This document shows positions 1 to 10,670 of a DNA stretch of 64,000 nt, one piece after another. A program made the position numbers and the translations under genes. The notes beneath the pieces were generated by a model. It saw nothing but the letters and a program-made list of their open reading frames with translations. It had not been told where the DNA came from and ran no database searches. The stretch covers positions 86,676,001 through 86,740,000 of the forward strand of contig NC_043006.1 of NCBI RefSeq assembly GCF_006345805.1, given 5' to 3'. Origin of the DNA: Octopus sinensis. Taxonomy: Eukaryota. Position 1 is the first letter of the stretch. The number at the start of each line of letters is the position of its first letter.

Positions 1-59
1 AATATTATGTAAATAGAGGAAATTTATCTATACAATGATATGTTACATTACTCGGTAGT

Positions 60-126
60 CAAGATAAAACTCTGAGTTTCAGATGCCGAAGTGGAAATCC
101 ACAACACCATCTCTTTGGTTATCTGG
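60..126 (-). ncRNA. Degenerate type-I hammerhead ribozyme-like motif (PLE arm 1)
   Basis: Reverse complement reads ccagataa-CCAAAGA-gatg...catc-t-GAAA-ct-cag-ag-T-T-ttatcttg. Stems I, II and III can be drawn, but the core differs from CUGANGA at two positions. Confidence 0.4.
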
Positions 127-307
127 CTATTTGAAAACGCTATGAAAAAATACCGTTAAATAAAGGGAAATTACTCTGTTATAACTCTGCTTGCCTGCGT
201 ACTTATACATCGCTCGCATTTTTCATCATAAAAATTATATAAAAATACATAAAAAAATATATAAAAATATATAAATTCTTCTTGGGACATAACATAGAAA
301 GCATGTT

Positions 308-2119
308 CTATCTGTTTTCTTTAGGGGACCAAAAACGTAACAGAAATTTAGTCACATGTGGGCATGATCCGAAAAGCTCTGTCCTTGTATTTAGACATGT
401 AGTAGGGTCTAAGCTGCTTTTCCAGATAAGCCATCTCTCCATGTCGCATAGACCGCACCTTCCGCTGCCGTTGGTATAGGGCTTACATCTGGCCAAAATC
501 TTCCATTGTATGTTATAATCGACACCTTTATCTCTTAAAGACCAAATATGATTAGATAATTGTGTCGCTTTTCTTTTGTTCCAGTGCCTAAAGCTCAAAG
601 TGTGGTTATTGAACCTGGCCTTGAAATTACCCTCTGTAAGGCCCACGTATTTCTTCGTCGAAATGGTGTCTTTAGTGGTTATAGAGTTTACGGTAGCTTC
701 ATATATGATGGTCTTGGACATGCAAGCTCCATTTAGCGGGCACAATTCTTTATTCCTGCATGAACAGCTGTTTTCTTGTTGTGTTTTTTGCATGTTATGT
801 TTGATTATGTTTTTAAAATTGGTAGTTGAACTAAAACTAATTTTTAAATTGTGTCTATTGAAGAGCTTCCTATAAGTATGGTTAACTGGAAAATGTTTAT
901 CTATCAGTGCTAGGAAATATTTACCTATATTGAAGGCCACCTTCCTATTTCTATTATTCCTTTTCCTTACTGTTGGGCTAGTGATAGGTGTATATTTTAT
1001 TTTTTCGCTAAAACCACTATCTTTTAAAGCCTTATTATAAACTGGGGCAATGCTATTGAAGATGTCCTCATCAGAGGAGAGGCTAGAAATCCTCTTACTA
1101 ATATTTTTAACTAAATTTTTGAATACTATAGGGGGATGGCATGAACCTACATTAATATAACTTAGTCTATCATTGGGCTTCCTATAAGGCTTATAAATAT
1201 TCTTATTAAGATCTAAGGAAACGTCTAAGAAATTGACAACCGTCAGGTTAGTATCTATAGTTATACTAAGTCCGAAGTGTTTCATTAACTGGATAATATC
1301 CTTCCTAAAACGATCTTGTGCTGGTCCATTTGTATTAGCTGTTAAGGTGAGGGCATCATCTTTGTAGATGGCGAAATGTACGTTAGGGAATGTCTTACCT
1401 AAGGTATCTAGGAGAAAAAGTCCAATTAGATCACAGATGCCTGCCCCATCATATGAACCCATGCTCACATCGAAAGCGCCCTCTGTGTCGGTGTTTTTTA
1501 CCCACTTTGCGTTCTCACTGAAAAGTAATGTCTTTCTAGCATGGAAGATTATGTCCTTATCATTGGTACTAATTTCTATGAAGTCGCTGGCGAAGATGAG
1601 GGCTTTATCTAGCAGTTCTTTAGAGATAGATGCATAAAAATCAACAATATCGAATTGTGTAAACCTCGCTTTTGTCTTATTCTTAATAGCTTTAAACCAG
1701 TCTACGACTTCTATACTATTGGACCATTGTACTAGCCTAGTATCGGTCTTAATTTTCGTATTTATTTTATCTAAAATTTCTTTGCTAATAATCCCAAGTT
1801 CTGACTTGGCTGGGTTGATAAGCCTACATTTAGGGTTGGAAAGAAAGTTTTCTTCGTGATCTTTAATAGTAATAAAGGCCTCTTTTTGGGGGAGGGCTTC
1901 TATTTTTTTATCTAATTTAAGTTTAGCGGCGATGACGCTAGCTTCTTTATTAATTCCGTTATATGTCTGTGCCCTAGCCTTAGTATAATTATTAATGATG
2001 CTGTTGTGTAAGAGTTGTGTGTATTTGCTGTTATCTATCAGGTATAAGTTCTTGGTTTTATCCGAAAAAAGTGCTTTTTTCTTGGAGCTTTTTATATGAT
2101 TAATATCTTTTTTTTTTTT
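308..2119 (-). CDS. PLE reverse transcriptase + GIY-YIG endonuclease (5'-truncated, no start codon)
   Basis: Manual translation upstream of the listed 386-aa ORF finds no stop up to the inversion junction at ~2119. Motifs: SDKTKNLY, CRLINPAKSELG, FDIVDFY (motif A), FDVSMGSYDGA (B'), YKDD (C), CSCRNKELCPLNGAC, IIYEATV...KYVGLTEG.FK.RF..H (GIY-YIG). Confidence 0.9.
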   Translation of the reverse strand, partial: KKKKDINHIKSSKKKALFSDKTKNLYLIDNSKYTQLLHNSIINNYTKARAQTYNGINKEASVIAAKLKLDKKIEALPQKEAFITIKDHEENFLSNPKCRLINPAKSELGIISKEILDKINTKIKTDTRLVQWSNSIEVVDWFKAIKNKTKARFTQFDIVDFYASISKELLDKALIFASDFIEISTNDKDIIFHARKTLLFSENAKWVKNTDTEGAFDVSMGSYDGAGICDLIGLFLLDTLGKTFPNVHFAIYKDDALTLTANTNGPAQDRFRKDIIQLMKHFGLSITIDTNLTVVNFLDVSLDLNKNIYKPYRKPNDRLSYINVGSCHPPIVFKNLVKNISKRISSLSSDEDIFNSIAPVYNKALKDSGFSEKIKYTPITSPTVRKRNNRNRKVAFNIGKYFLALIDKHFPVNHTYRKLFNRHNLKISFSSTTNFKNIIKHNMQKTQQENSCSCRNKELCPLNGACMSKTIIYEATVNSITTKDTISTKKYVGLTEGNFKARFNNHTLSFRHWNKRKATQLSNHIWSLRDKGVDYNIQWKILARCKPYTNGSGRCGLCDMERWLIWKSSLDPTTCLNTRTELFGSCPHVTKFLLRFWSPKENR

Positions 2120-2460
2120 ATGTGGGCCTTACAGAGGGTAATTTCAAGGCCAGGTTCAATAACCACACTTTGAGCTTTAGGCACTGGAACAAAAGAAAAG
2201 CGATACAATTATCTAATCATATTTGGTCTTTAAGAGATAAAGGTGTCGATTATAACATACAATGGAAGATTTTGGCCAGATGTAAGCCCTATACCAACGG
2301 CAGCGGAAGGTGTGGTCTATGCGACATGGAGAGATGGCTTATCTGGAAAAGCAGCTTAGACCCTACTACATGTCTAAATACAAGGACAGAGCTTTTCGGA
2401 TCATGCCCACATGTGACTAAATTTCTGTTACGTTTTTGGTCCCCTAAAGAAAACAGATAG
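2119..2460 (+). pseudogene. Inverted duplicate of the PLE endonuclease C-terminus (part of the pseudo-LTR)
   Basis: ORF 2122-2460 matches the last ~112 aa of the minus-strand ORF, with a T>I change and no true start. Confidence 0.9.
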
Positions 2461-2640
2461 AACATGCTTTCTATGTTATGTCCCAAGAAGAATTTATATA
2501 TTTTTATATATTTTTTATGTATTTTTATATAATTTTTATGATGAAAAATGCGAGCGATGTATAAGTACGCTGGCAAGCAGAGTTATAACAGAGTAATTTC
2601 CCTTTATTTAACGGTATTTTTTCATAGCGTTTTCAAATAG

Positions 2641-2707
2641 CCAGATAACCGAAGAGATGGTGTTATGGATTTCCACTTCGGCATCTGAAACTCAGAGTTT
2701 TATCTTG
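2641..2707 (+). ncRNA. Variant type-I hammerhead ribozyme-like motif (PLE arm 2)
   Basis: ccagataa (stem I) CCGAAGA gatg..catc t GAAA ct-cag-agT T ttatcttg (stem I'). The core has U4>C and an extra U before GAAA. Confidence 0.55.
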
Positions 2708-2730
2708 ACTACTGAGTAATGTAACATATT

Positions 2731-2768
<38 letters not shown>

Positions 2769-2819
2769 GACTATATAGACACACACACATACTCATATAT
2801 ATATATATATATATATATA

Positions 2820-4083
2820 CAGGAGTTGGACAAAATAATGGAAACACCTAGCATCATAATTTTTAAATATCTATAAAACAGTCAAAAGCTTGTTTATTTT
2901 ATGTTTTTTGATTTATTATTAGTATTGCTTAATATGTTTTACTAAAATTGCTGTTTCTTTTCAGAAATCATCAGAAAAAGATAATTAAAATTCATTAAAA
3001 TGACGGATCTAATGGACTTTCAAAGAGGTCAAATTGTTGGTACTTGTATGGCAGGTACTAGCGTAACAAAAACAGCCAAAATGTTTGGTGTATCAAGAAG
3101 TACCATCTCAAAAGTAATGACAGCCTTTGAGAAAGAGGGTAAAACTTCCTCATCGAAACAAAACTCCAGAAGAAAACCAAAACTTTCAGATAGGGGCCGT
3201 CGGACTCTTATGCAAATTGTTAGAAAGGATCACAAAGGTACAGCTCCCAAAATTACTGCAGAGCTTAATGACCACCTTGAGAACCTAGTTTCCACAAAAA
3301 CTGTTCACCGGGAGCTGCACAAAGCCAGATTTTATGGGAGGGCTGGATTCAGAAAACCACTACTTTCAAAAACAAATGCTGCAAAGCGTTTAGAGTAGAG
3401 AAAAAACCTACAGAATTGGTCCCTAGAGCAGTGGAAGAATGTTATTTTCTTGGATGAGTCATCCTTTACCTTATTTCTGACCACCGGCCGAGTATACGTG
3501 TGGAGACAGTCAAAAGAAGCATTTGACCCAGACTGCCTTCTTCTAACTGTTAGACATGGAGGAGGATCTGTGATGATATGGGGGACTATATCTTGGAAAT
3601 CTGCTGGCCCAATGATTTCCCTTCATGGCAGAATTAATGGTCAAGACTATTTAAGCATTTTATCCGATCAAATTCATCCTATGGTTGTGGAACTGTTTCC
3701 GGATGGAAAAGCAATCTTTCAGGATGATAATACACCAATTCACACAGCTGAAGTTGTTACTGAATGGCATGAGGAACATTCTAGTGAAGTTGAACATCTT
3801 ATCTGGCCACCACAGTCCCCAGATCTCAATATTATTGAACATTTATGGTGCATTTTAGAGAAACAAGTAAGGAGTAGATATCCTCCACCATCATCACTAC
3901 AAGAACTGGAGACTGTTTTAGTTGAAGAATGGACAAAAATTCCTTTGGAAACAATTCAAACTTTGTACGAGTCCATACCTCATAGAATTCAAGCTGTAAC
4001 TACTGCCAAAAGTGGTCCTACCCCATATTAAAATAAGTTTGTTTGAAATTTTAAGGTGTTTCCATTATTCTATCCAACCCCTG
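2820..4083 (+). mobile_element. Tc1-superfamily DNA transposon, DD36E (Incomer-like)
   Basis: ~30-bp TIRs caggagttggacaaaataatggaaacacct / aggtgtttccattattctatccaacccctg, TA on both sides, 1264 bp long, internal transposase. Confidence 0.93.
3000..4031 (+). pseudogene. Tc1-like transposase (343 codons) with one in-frame TAG at 3396-3398
   Basis: ORFs 3000-3398 and 3450-4031 are in the same frame. HTH N-terminus; MDES, FQDDN, WPPQSPDLNIIE motifs; 36 residues between the 2nd D and E. Confidence 0.9.
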
Positions 4084-5788
4084 TAGGTGTCTAAGTATAC
4101 AGACACATATGTCTATGTCTATGTGTCTAAGATTGTGTGTGTTTGTATCTTCTTATCTTAACATTGTATGCTAATTGTAGACAAATGTCACTGTCATTAA
4201 TTTGCAATCTTTAGTGAAAATATGTTGTGCTATGAAGCTGTTCAAGGGTAAGGTCCTTAATGTAATATTATGTTGCTTGGAAACTGATGAGATTGGTGAC
4301 AGGAAGAACATCTGATTATAGAAAATGTGTCTCAATAATTTTCGTTTGTCTCATGCAAGCATGGGAAAAAGGGACATTAAAATGATGATGGTGATACTTG
4401 ATAATAGAACAATTGAAATAGTTTTTATGAATTCTAGAACCTGTGTGTGTAATTAGTGAGACTACATGCTTCAGATATAAACATTACACTGTGTAACACA
4501 ATTTTTGTCTTTGGGTAGCAACTATTTCCTATTTGGTTACCCCTAGAAAGTATGAAAACTAGGCTAATATTTCCTTCAAAATTTGCTCTTGTTACAATAT
4601 TTATTCAAACCCCCAAAGAATCCTTTTCAACACATGGCTATGATGCTCCCCCACTACTCCTGCTCATGATCAGAGATGCACATATTGTCAGCTACTGAGG
4701 GATATAATCAAGTGGTTAAGATCAAGCAAATGACAAACAAATCTGTGGTATAGAGCAGAATATTTGCTATAATGATATTTCTGCTTCAGCAACTCAGCGC
4801 TGAATCTATCTGAAATGTAGGTCAGTTTCTAAACATTGATGTCCAGGCCAAAAAGCAAAGTTTGAATGGGATAGTATTTGTTTCCTTTGATTTTTAGATA
4901 GAAGCAAATAGGAAATAACAATTACTGACCAAAGACAAAAACAAAATTTTAAAAAATTGTTATACCGTGTAATTCAATAACTAATCAAAGCTGACCTTTT
5001 TTCTGATACTACAAAGATTGCAAGACTTAGCACTTGCAGCAAGTTTGTGTGGGTTTTAGCCAAGCTTTGTTAATAAAGTCAGTATAATGTTGCAACACTG
5101 TTTCTTTAAAACATGTAAAACTTATATTTTTAATATATATGTAATATTCTTATTTTTTCTATAATGTAGGCAGTATCTTTTTTTTTTATTATATGTAAAT
5201 ATTTGTTTCATTTGTTTGGTGTGGGAGTATGTTGTTCAGAGACTATATAGTATTCTGGGAATATTTTCTGCATCCTTGTTCATGCGAGTTGGTTCACCCT
5301 TGATTTTAGATGAGTGCTGTCTAGGGATGGTTATAAAGGAATGAAGGTATGGCATCATCTAGGTTAGACTGTATGTGCTAGAAATAGCAATAACATCATT
5401 ATTAAAATATGTTTTCTATGCAACACTGATTCTTATATATTTATATATTTTATCTGATGTTTATTTATTTATATATTATTACATTTTTAAACATCAGACT
5501 TTATATCTGTTCTGTAGATATATATGAATATATGTATGTGTTTGATCTTTCTGTCTGGATATTAGTAATGTTCCTTTAGTTACTGCTCACTTTGCCTCCA
5601 TTCAGATTAATAAGTGTAGCATCATTATTATACAGAAGGAAGGGTGTGAAAGATACAGCTAAATTCAGGTAAGACTGAGGGTAATAGAAAACTACATCAG
5701 CATAATCTAGAACGTCACAGCCAATCAAGAAACTTCCATTCCAAGAAATGAGATGTAGGATGGTGAACAAAAACTGATATGATGATAT

Positions 5789-6030
5789 AATTGCAGCGTG
5801 GAAGGTGTTTATAAGCCTTTTAAGAAACACACAAAATCCGTTCAAAACACACAAAATCACTTCAACATTTAAATTTAATTTCAAAATATTTTTGTCGCTT
5901 TGAGACCGCGAACTGTTCATTGTCTCAAAGCAACGAAAATATTTTGACAAATTAAATTTAAATGTTGAAGTGAATCTAACAGTTTTGTGTGTTTCTTAAA
6001 TGGCTTATAAACACCTTCCACGCTGCAATT
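5789..6030. repeat. Foldback element with ~110-bp imperfect inverted arms
   Basis: aattgcagcgtggaaggtgtttataagcc...ttgtcgctttgagac / gtctcaaagcaacgaa...ggcttataaacaccttccacgctgcaatt, with a 15-nt spacer. Confidence 0.85.
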
Positions 6031-6717
6031 GTTTTCATTCCAGCACATGATCTCAGATCAAGTCACTCGCTATACAAGTACATCTCCATAAGATGATATA
6101 TTTGTTATGTTAGATGTATCTGAAAGCATTGTGTTAAAAGAAACAATATTGCTTCTGTAGAAGTTCTTAAGAGTGCAAGACCACTAACATGAGATCTAAT
6201 AAAACAGGTACTACAGTAGACCTATCTCTGGAGATGCCATACATATGGTCTAACTGGGTCTATCATATCTGACATATAGGAGGTGAGGTGACAGATCAGT
6301 AAGTTAGCAAGTCTTTGTTGTTTTTCCATGAATCAGACACTCATAGCTCTTCTATCTCTTGAACACGTGGTGTGTCCCTGGTGGTTAACAACTAATCTCT
6401 TCTAGATTAAGTTAAGTCAGATTTGAAAATTTGAAATTTACATAAAAAAGTAAAGAACATGTATACATTTAATATATTAACACATTATAAAGTTCTTAGT
6501 TCTTATTCATTGCTAACCATGTATAGCACTATTTTATTCTCCTCTGGAATCTTCAGTATGGCATAACTTGATACAAATGAATTAAGCTAAATTCAACATT
6601 TAACGAAGTTAGAAATTTCTTACTAAATAGTTTATTGTTTAAAAAGCATTCCAAATTTTTTCCATCCTAGAATGTTAATTATTTAGACAGACAAAAAGAT
6701 ATATATATATATATATA

Positions 6718-7080
6718 CAAGCAAAACGCCCCCCAACCACCGTCTAATGGACGGTGCTGAGTTGTCAAACATTTAAACCAAATTTTCTCAAAGCAACCTG
6801 TCCGACTGTCCCATTTTGTGCAAACTGCACATGCATTCTTCTTGCATACGCATAGTATCAATTGCAACAGCTGATGTACTTGCGCCATACAAATGCATGT
6901 TCTCACGGCTTTATCGATCGCATTCTCACCTGGAATCGATTTTTGTACTTTTTTCAAGACTTATACACGCCCTGATATCATCAGTATCTACATATCAAAT
7001 TTGAGTGTAATTGGATGGAGGATGCCCGAGATCCTAGAAGACACACACACAGACAGACAGAACGGATTTTATATAATAGA
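6718..7080 (-). mobile_element. Non-autonomous Helitron-like element, copy 1
   Basis: Minus strand starts TCTATTATATAAAA and ends with the GC hairpin caccgtc-catta-gacggtg, then 16 nt, then CTTG. It sits between A and T next to (TA)n, with no TSD or TIR. Confidence 0.7.
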
Positions 7081-8050
7081 TATAGATAAATAGAGAGAGA
7101 GAGAAAGAAAGAGGAATTTCATACATGTAGGTTAATATTTTAAACTTATTAATTACAGTGTAAAGCATCTTCTCTGTACATAGCAGTTTCTATTGTTGAC
7201 ATTGTCATGAGGTTATATGTAAGTAAATCTTACCAAACATAATGAAAAAACAGCAACAATACCATCAGCATGGTATAACTACTGATTTCTATCGAACAGT
7301 TCAATATTAGTTCCAACTATTTATTCTTCAAAAGAATGAGTTTCAAAATTCTAAATTTGTGTCAGTGTTTCCTTTAAGCACCAACTACTAAATAATAAAA
7401 TTATCTCTCTTCTCTACATTACATTAGCAATTGCAGCAACAACTGTACAAATATTATTTTTCCATAGTTTAACCTATAGTTTCAAATGTTTCATATTCAG
7501 AATTCTTTTTTTTTTTTCCCCCAAATCTAAAACTATCTACAATAATAATAATAATGATCTTTCTTTAGAAAGTTTTGGAAAACTTGAATTACCACTTAAG
7601 AAATATCCAAATTTGTATATGTTAAATGAATAATGTACTTCCTCAAGACTATAACTCTTAGATAAAATAATATATACTCTGACTCTAATGGATTAGACTT
7701 TTACAAGAATTTTAGATGTACTTATGAAAAAGAAAGTAATACACTTTTCTTATAAACACTATTTCATGATTTTGAGCAGTTTTATAAATTTACTTCTGAA
7801 TTTCTATAACCATATGTTGCTATATATTTGTCATTTGTTTACTCGTATATCATATTTACCCTTCTGATTAGCTGTTAGCTATGTGACTGCTTCCCATTCT
7901 CAGATTAAATTTATATTTATAATAATATAAAAAATTCGAAAATAATATTTTAATATATTATACAATATTTGCCAATACTCTATTAATTTAAAGAATGCAA
8001 AACTTTATTCTTTTCATTATAGGTTTACATATATATATATATATATATAT

Positions 8051-8198
8051 ATTAATTTATTATATAGAAGGAGCTTCTACAGGACTAGAACTGTTTCATT
8101 CAAGAGAAATCTTCAGGAAGCTCAGGAGCTTCCTGAAGATTTCTCTTGAATGAAACAGTTCTAGTCCTGTAGAAGCTCCTTCTATATAATAAATTAAT
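8051..8198. repeat. Perfect 148-bp palindrome (73-bp arms, 2-nt spacer), PLE-type terminal remnant
   Basis: 8051-8123 is the exact reverse complement of 8126-8198. The right arm continues with a unique tail to 8263. Confidence 0.95.
8126..8178 (+). ncRNA. Minimal type-I hammerhead ribozyme (mirror copy at 8071-8123 on the minus strand)
   Basis: gagcttc-CTGAAGA-tttctcttgaat-GAAA-cag-ttctagtc-ctgT-A-gaagctc: 7-bp stem I, intact core, 4-bp stem III, GUA cleavage triplet. Confidence 0.8.
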
Positions 8199-8272
8199 TT
8201 TACTCTGCTATGTATTGAGTACCTTATTTACTGTGGTTAACCCCGAATCAACCCGGGACCTACATATATATA

Positions 8273-8311
<39 letters not shown>

Positions 8312-8313
<2 letters not shown>

Positions 8314-8674
8314 AGCAAAACGCCCCCCAACCACCGTCTAATGGACGGTGCTGAGTTGTCAAACATTTAAACCAAATTTTCTCAAAGCAACCTGTCCGAC
8401 TGTCCCATTTTGTGCAAACTGCACATGCATTCTTCTTGCATACGCATAGTATCAATTGCAACAGCTGATGTACTTGCGCCATACAAATGCATGTTCTCAC
8501 GGCTTTATCGATCGCATTCTCACCTGGAATCGATTTTTGTACTTTTTTCAAGACTTATACACGCCCTGATATCATCAGTATCTACATATCAAATTTGAGT
8601 GTAATTGGATGGAGGATGCCCGAGATCCTAGAAGACACACACACAGACAGACAGAACGGATTTTATATAATAGA
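8312..8674 (-). mobile_element. Non-autonomous Helitron-like element, copy 2 (inside the duplication)
   Basis: Identical to 6718-7080. Confidence 0.7.
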
Positions 8675-9616
8675 TATAGATAAATAGAGAGAGAGAGAAA
8701 GAAAGAGGAATTTCATACATGTAGGTTAATATTTTAAACTTATTAATTACAGTGTAAAGCATCTTCTCTGTACATAGCAGTTTCTATTGTTGACATTGTC
8801 ATGAGGTTATATGTAAGTAAATCTTACCAAACATAATGAAAAAACAGCAACAATACCATCAGCATGGTATAACTACTGATTTCTATCGAACAGTTCAATA
8901 TTAGTTCCAACTATTTATTCTTCAAAAGAATGAGTTTCAAAATTCTAAATTTGTGTCAGTGTTTCCTTTAAGCACCAACTACTAAATAATAAAATTATCT
9001 CTCTTCTCTACATTACATTAGCAATTGCAGCAACAACTGTACAAATATTATTTTTCCATAGTTTAACCTATAGTTTCAAATGTTTCATATTCAGAATTCT
9101 TTTTTTTTTTTCCCCCAAATCTAAAACTATCTACAATAATAATAATAATGATCTTTCTTTAGAAAGTTTTGGAAAACTTGAATTACCACTTAAGAAATAT
9201 CCAAATTTGTATATGTTAAATGAATAATGTACTTCCTCAAGACTATAACTCTTAGATAAAATAATATATACTCTGACTCTAATGGATTAGACTTTTACAA
9301 GAATTTTAGATGTACTTATGAAAAAGAAAGTAATACACTTTTCTTATAAACACTATTTCATGATTTTGAGCAGTTTTATAAATTTACTTCTGAATTTCTA
9401 TAACCATATGTTGCTATATATTTGTCATTTGTTTACTCGTATATCATATTTACCCTTCTGATTAGCTGTTAGCTATGTGACTGCTTCCCATTCTCAGATT
9501 AAATTTATATTTATAATAATATAAAAAATTCGAAAATAATATTTTAATATATTATACAATATTTGCCAATACTCTATTAATTTAAAGAATGCAAAACTTT
9601 ATTCTTTTCATTATAG

Positions 9617-9646
<30 letters not shown>

Positions 9647-9647
<1 letters not shown>

Positions 9648-9794
9648 TTAATTTATTATATAGAAGGAGCTTCTACAGGACTAGAACTGTTTCATTCAAG
9701 AGAAATCTTCAGGAAGCTCAGGAGCTTCCTGAAGATTTCTCTTGAATGAAACAGTTCTAGTCCTGTAGAAGCTCCTTCTATATAATAAATTAAT
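9647..9794. repeat. Second copy of the 148-bp hammerhead palindrome
   Basis: Same sequence as 8051-8198. Confidence 0.95.
9722..9774 (+). ncRNA. Minimal type-I hammerhead ribozyme (duplicate)
   Basis: Same as 8126-8178. Confidence 0.8.
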
Positions 9795-9856
9795 TTTACT
9801 CTGCTATGTATTGAGTACCTTATTTACTGTGGTTAACCCCGAATCAACCCGGGACC

Positions 9857-9896
<40 letters not shown>

Positions 9897-10249
9897 AGTA
9901 ATAATTTTAAATTTAGGTATACACCTTGTAGTGTGCTGTTTAAAGCCTGTTCACAGTATTTGGCTACCTGGTGTCATCAACAGTATGGATGTATATGCCA
10001 CTGGATTTACTTCAGGAATTTCTTTGTGGCCATAGAATTTATGAATTATGATGAAAGAAAATGGACTTCACAAGACTCATTATTATTCAGTATTATCTTT
10101 TCAACCTATCATGCATCAATTCTATATATATACATACACACCCATCTTCCTCATCATCGTGTTTGTTCATGCTGATTTGAGTTGGATGAGTTGTCACAGT
10201 CAAGTAAATTCTAGTTTTGAGTTGCTGTCCTCCTAAAAATGTTAGAGAC

Positions 10250-10670
10250 TGCATGCCACACATTCCATTTTCAGCATGGATTCTACAGCTAGATACCCTT
10301 TCTATCACCCACTACTTTACAGAATATACAGGGTAGATTCTTTTTCCATGAAACCAGCACTAGAGAGGTTATCTTGTTCCAGTCGATTTGATCGACAGAA
10401 CAGCCTGCTCATGAAATTAACATACAAGTGGTTGAGCACTCCACAGACACTTCTATCCTTAATGTAGTTCTCAGAAAGATTCAGCATGACACAGAATGTG
10501 GCAAGGCTGGTCCTTTGAAAAATATAGGTGTTACTCATTTTTGCCAGCTGAATGAACTGGTGCAACACAAAATAAAGTGTCTTGCTTAAGGACATAATGT
10601 ATCATCAGGAATAGCACTCACAACCTTACTATCAGGAGCCAAATACTCTAACCAATAAGCTATGCAATTC
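10250..10670 (-). mobile_element. Degenerate tRNA-derived SINE (family D)
   Basis: Shares gtgtcttgct.aaggaca.aa and ccagctga with 52555-52780 and 29318-29520; tRNA-like head at the right end. Confidence 0.55.

Larger units (their letters stand above)
29..2737 (-). mobile_element. Penelope-like retroelement, 5'-truncated, with inverted copy of its 3' end (inverted pseudo-LTR)
   Basis: Minus-strand RT + GIY-YIG frame at 308-2119. Bases ~29-650 are a near-identical inverted repeat of ~2119-2737, and both arms encode the ...GLTEGNFKARFNNH...FWSPKENR C-terminus. A hammerhead-like motif lies in each arm. Confidence 0.93.
6718..8263 (+). repeat. 1.6-kb tandem duplication, unit 1
   Basis: Essentially identical to 8312-9860 (offset 1594-1596); (TA)n tracts bound every junction. 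Confidence 0.95.
8312..9860 (+). repeat. 1.6-kb tandem duplication, unit 2
   Basis: Differs from unit 1 only in (TA)n length, as far as I can see. Confidence 0.95.

Noticed and set aside
5576-5950. 124-aa minus-strand ORF
   Set aside because: Half of it runs through the foldback repeat; no homology recognised.
6679-7093. Three overlapping ORFs repeated at 8279-8687
   Set aside because: They lie in a non-coding Helitron-like element; recurrence is due to the duplication.
10317-10595. 92-aa ORF as a possible aminopeptidase exon
   Set aside because: It overlaps a family D SINE, has no M1 motifs and lacks a convincing donor site.
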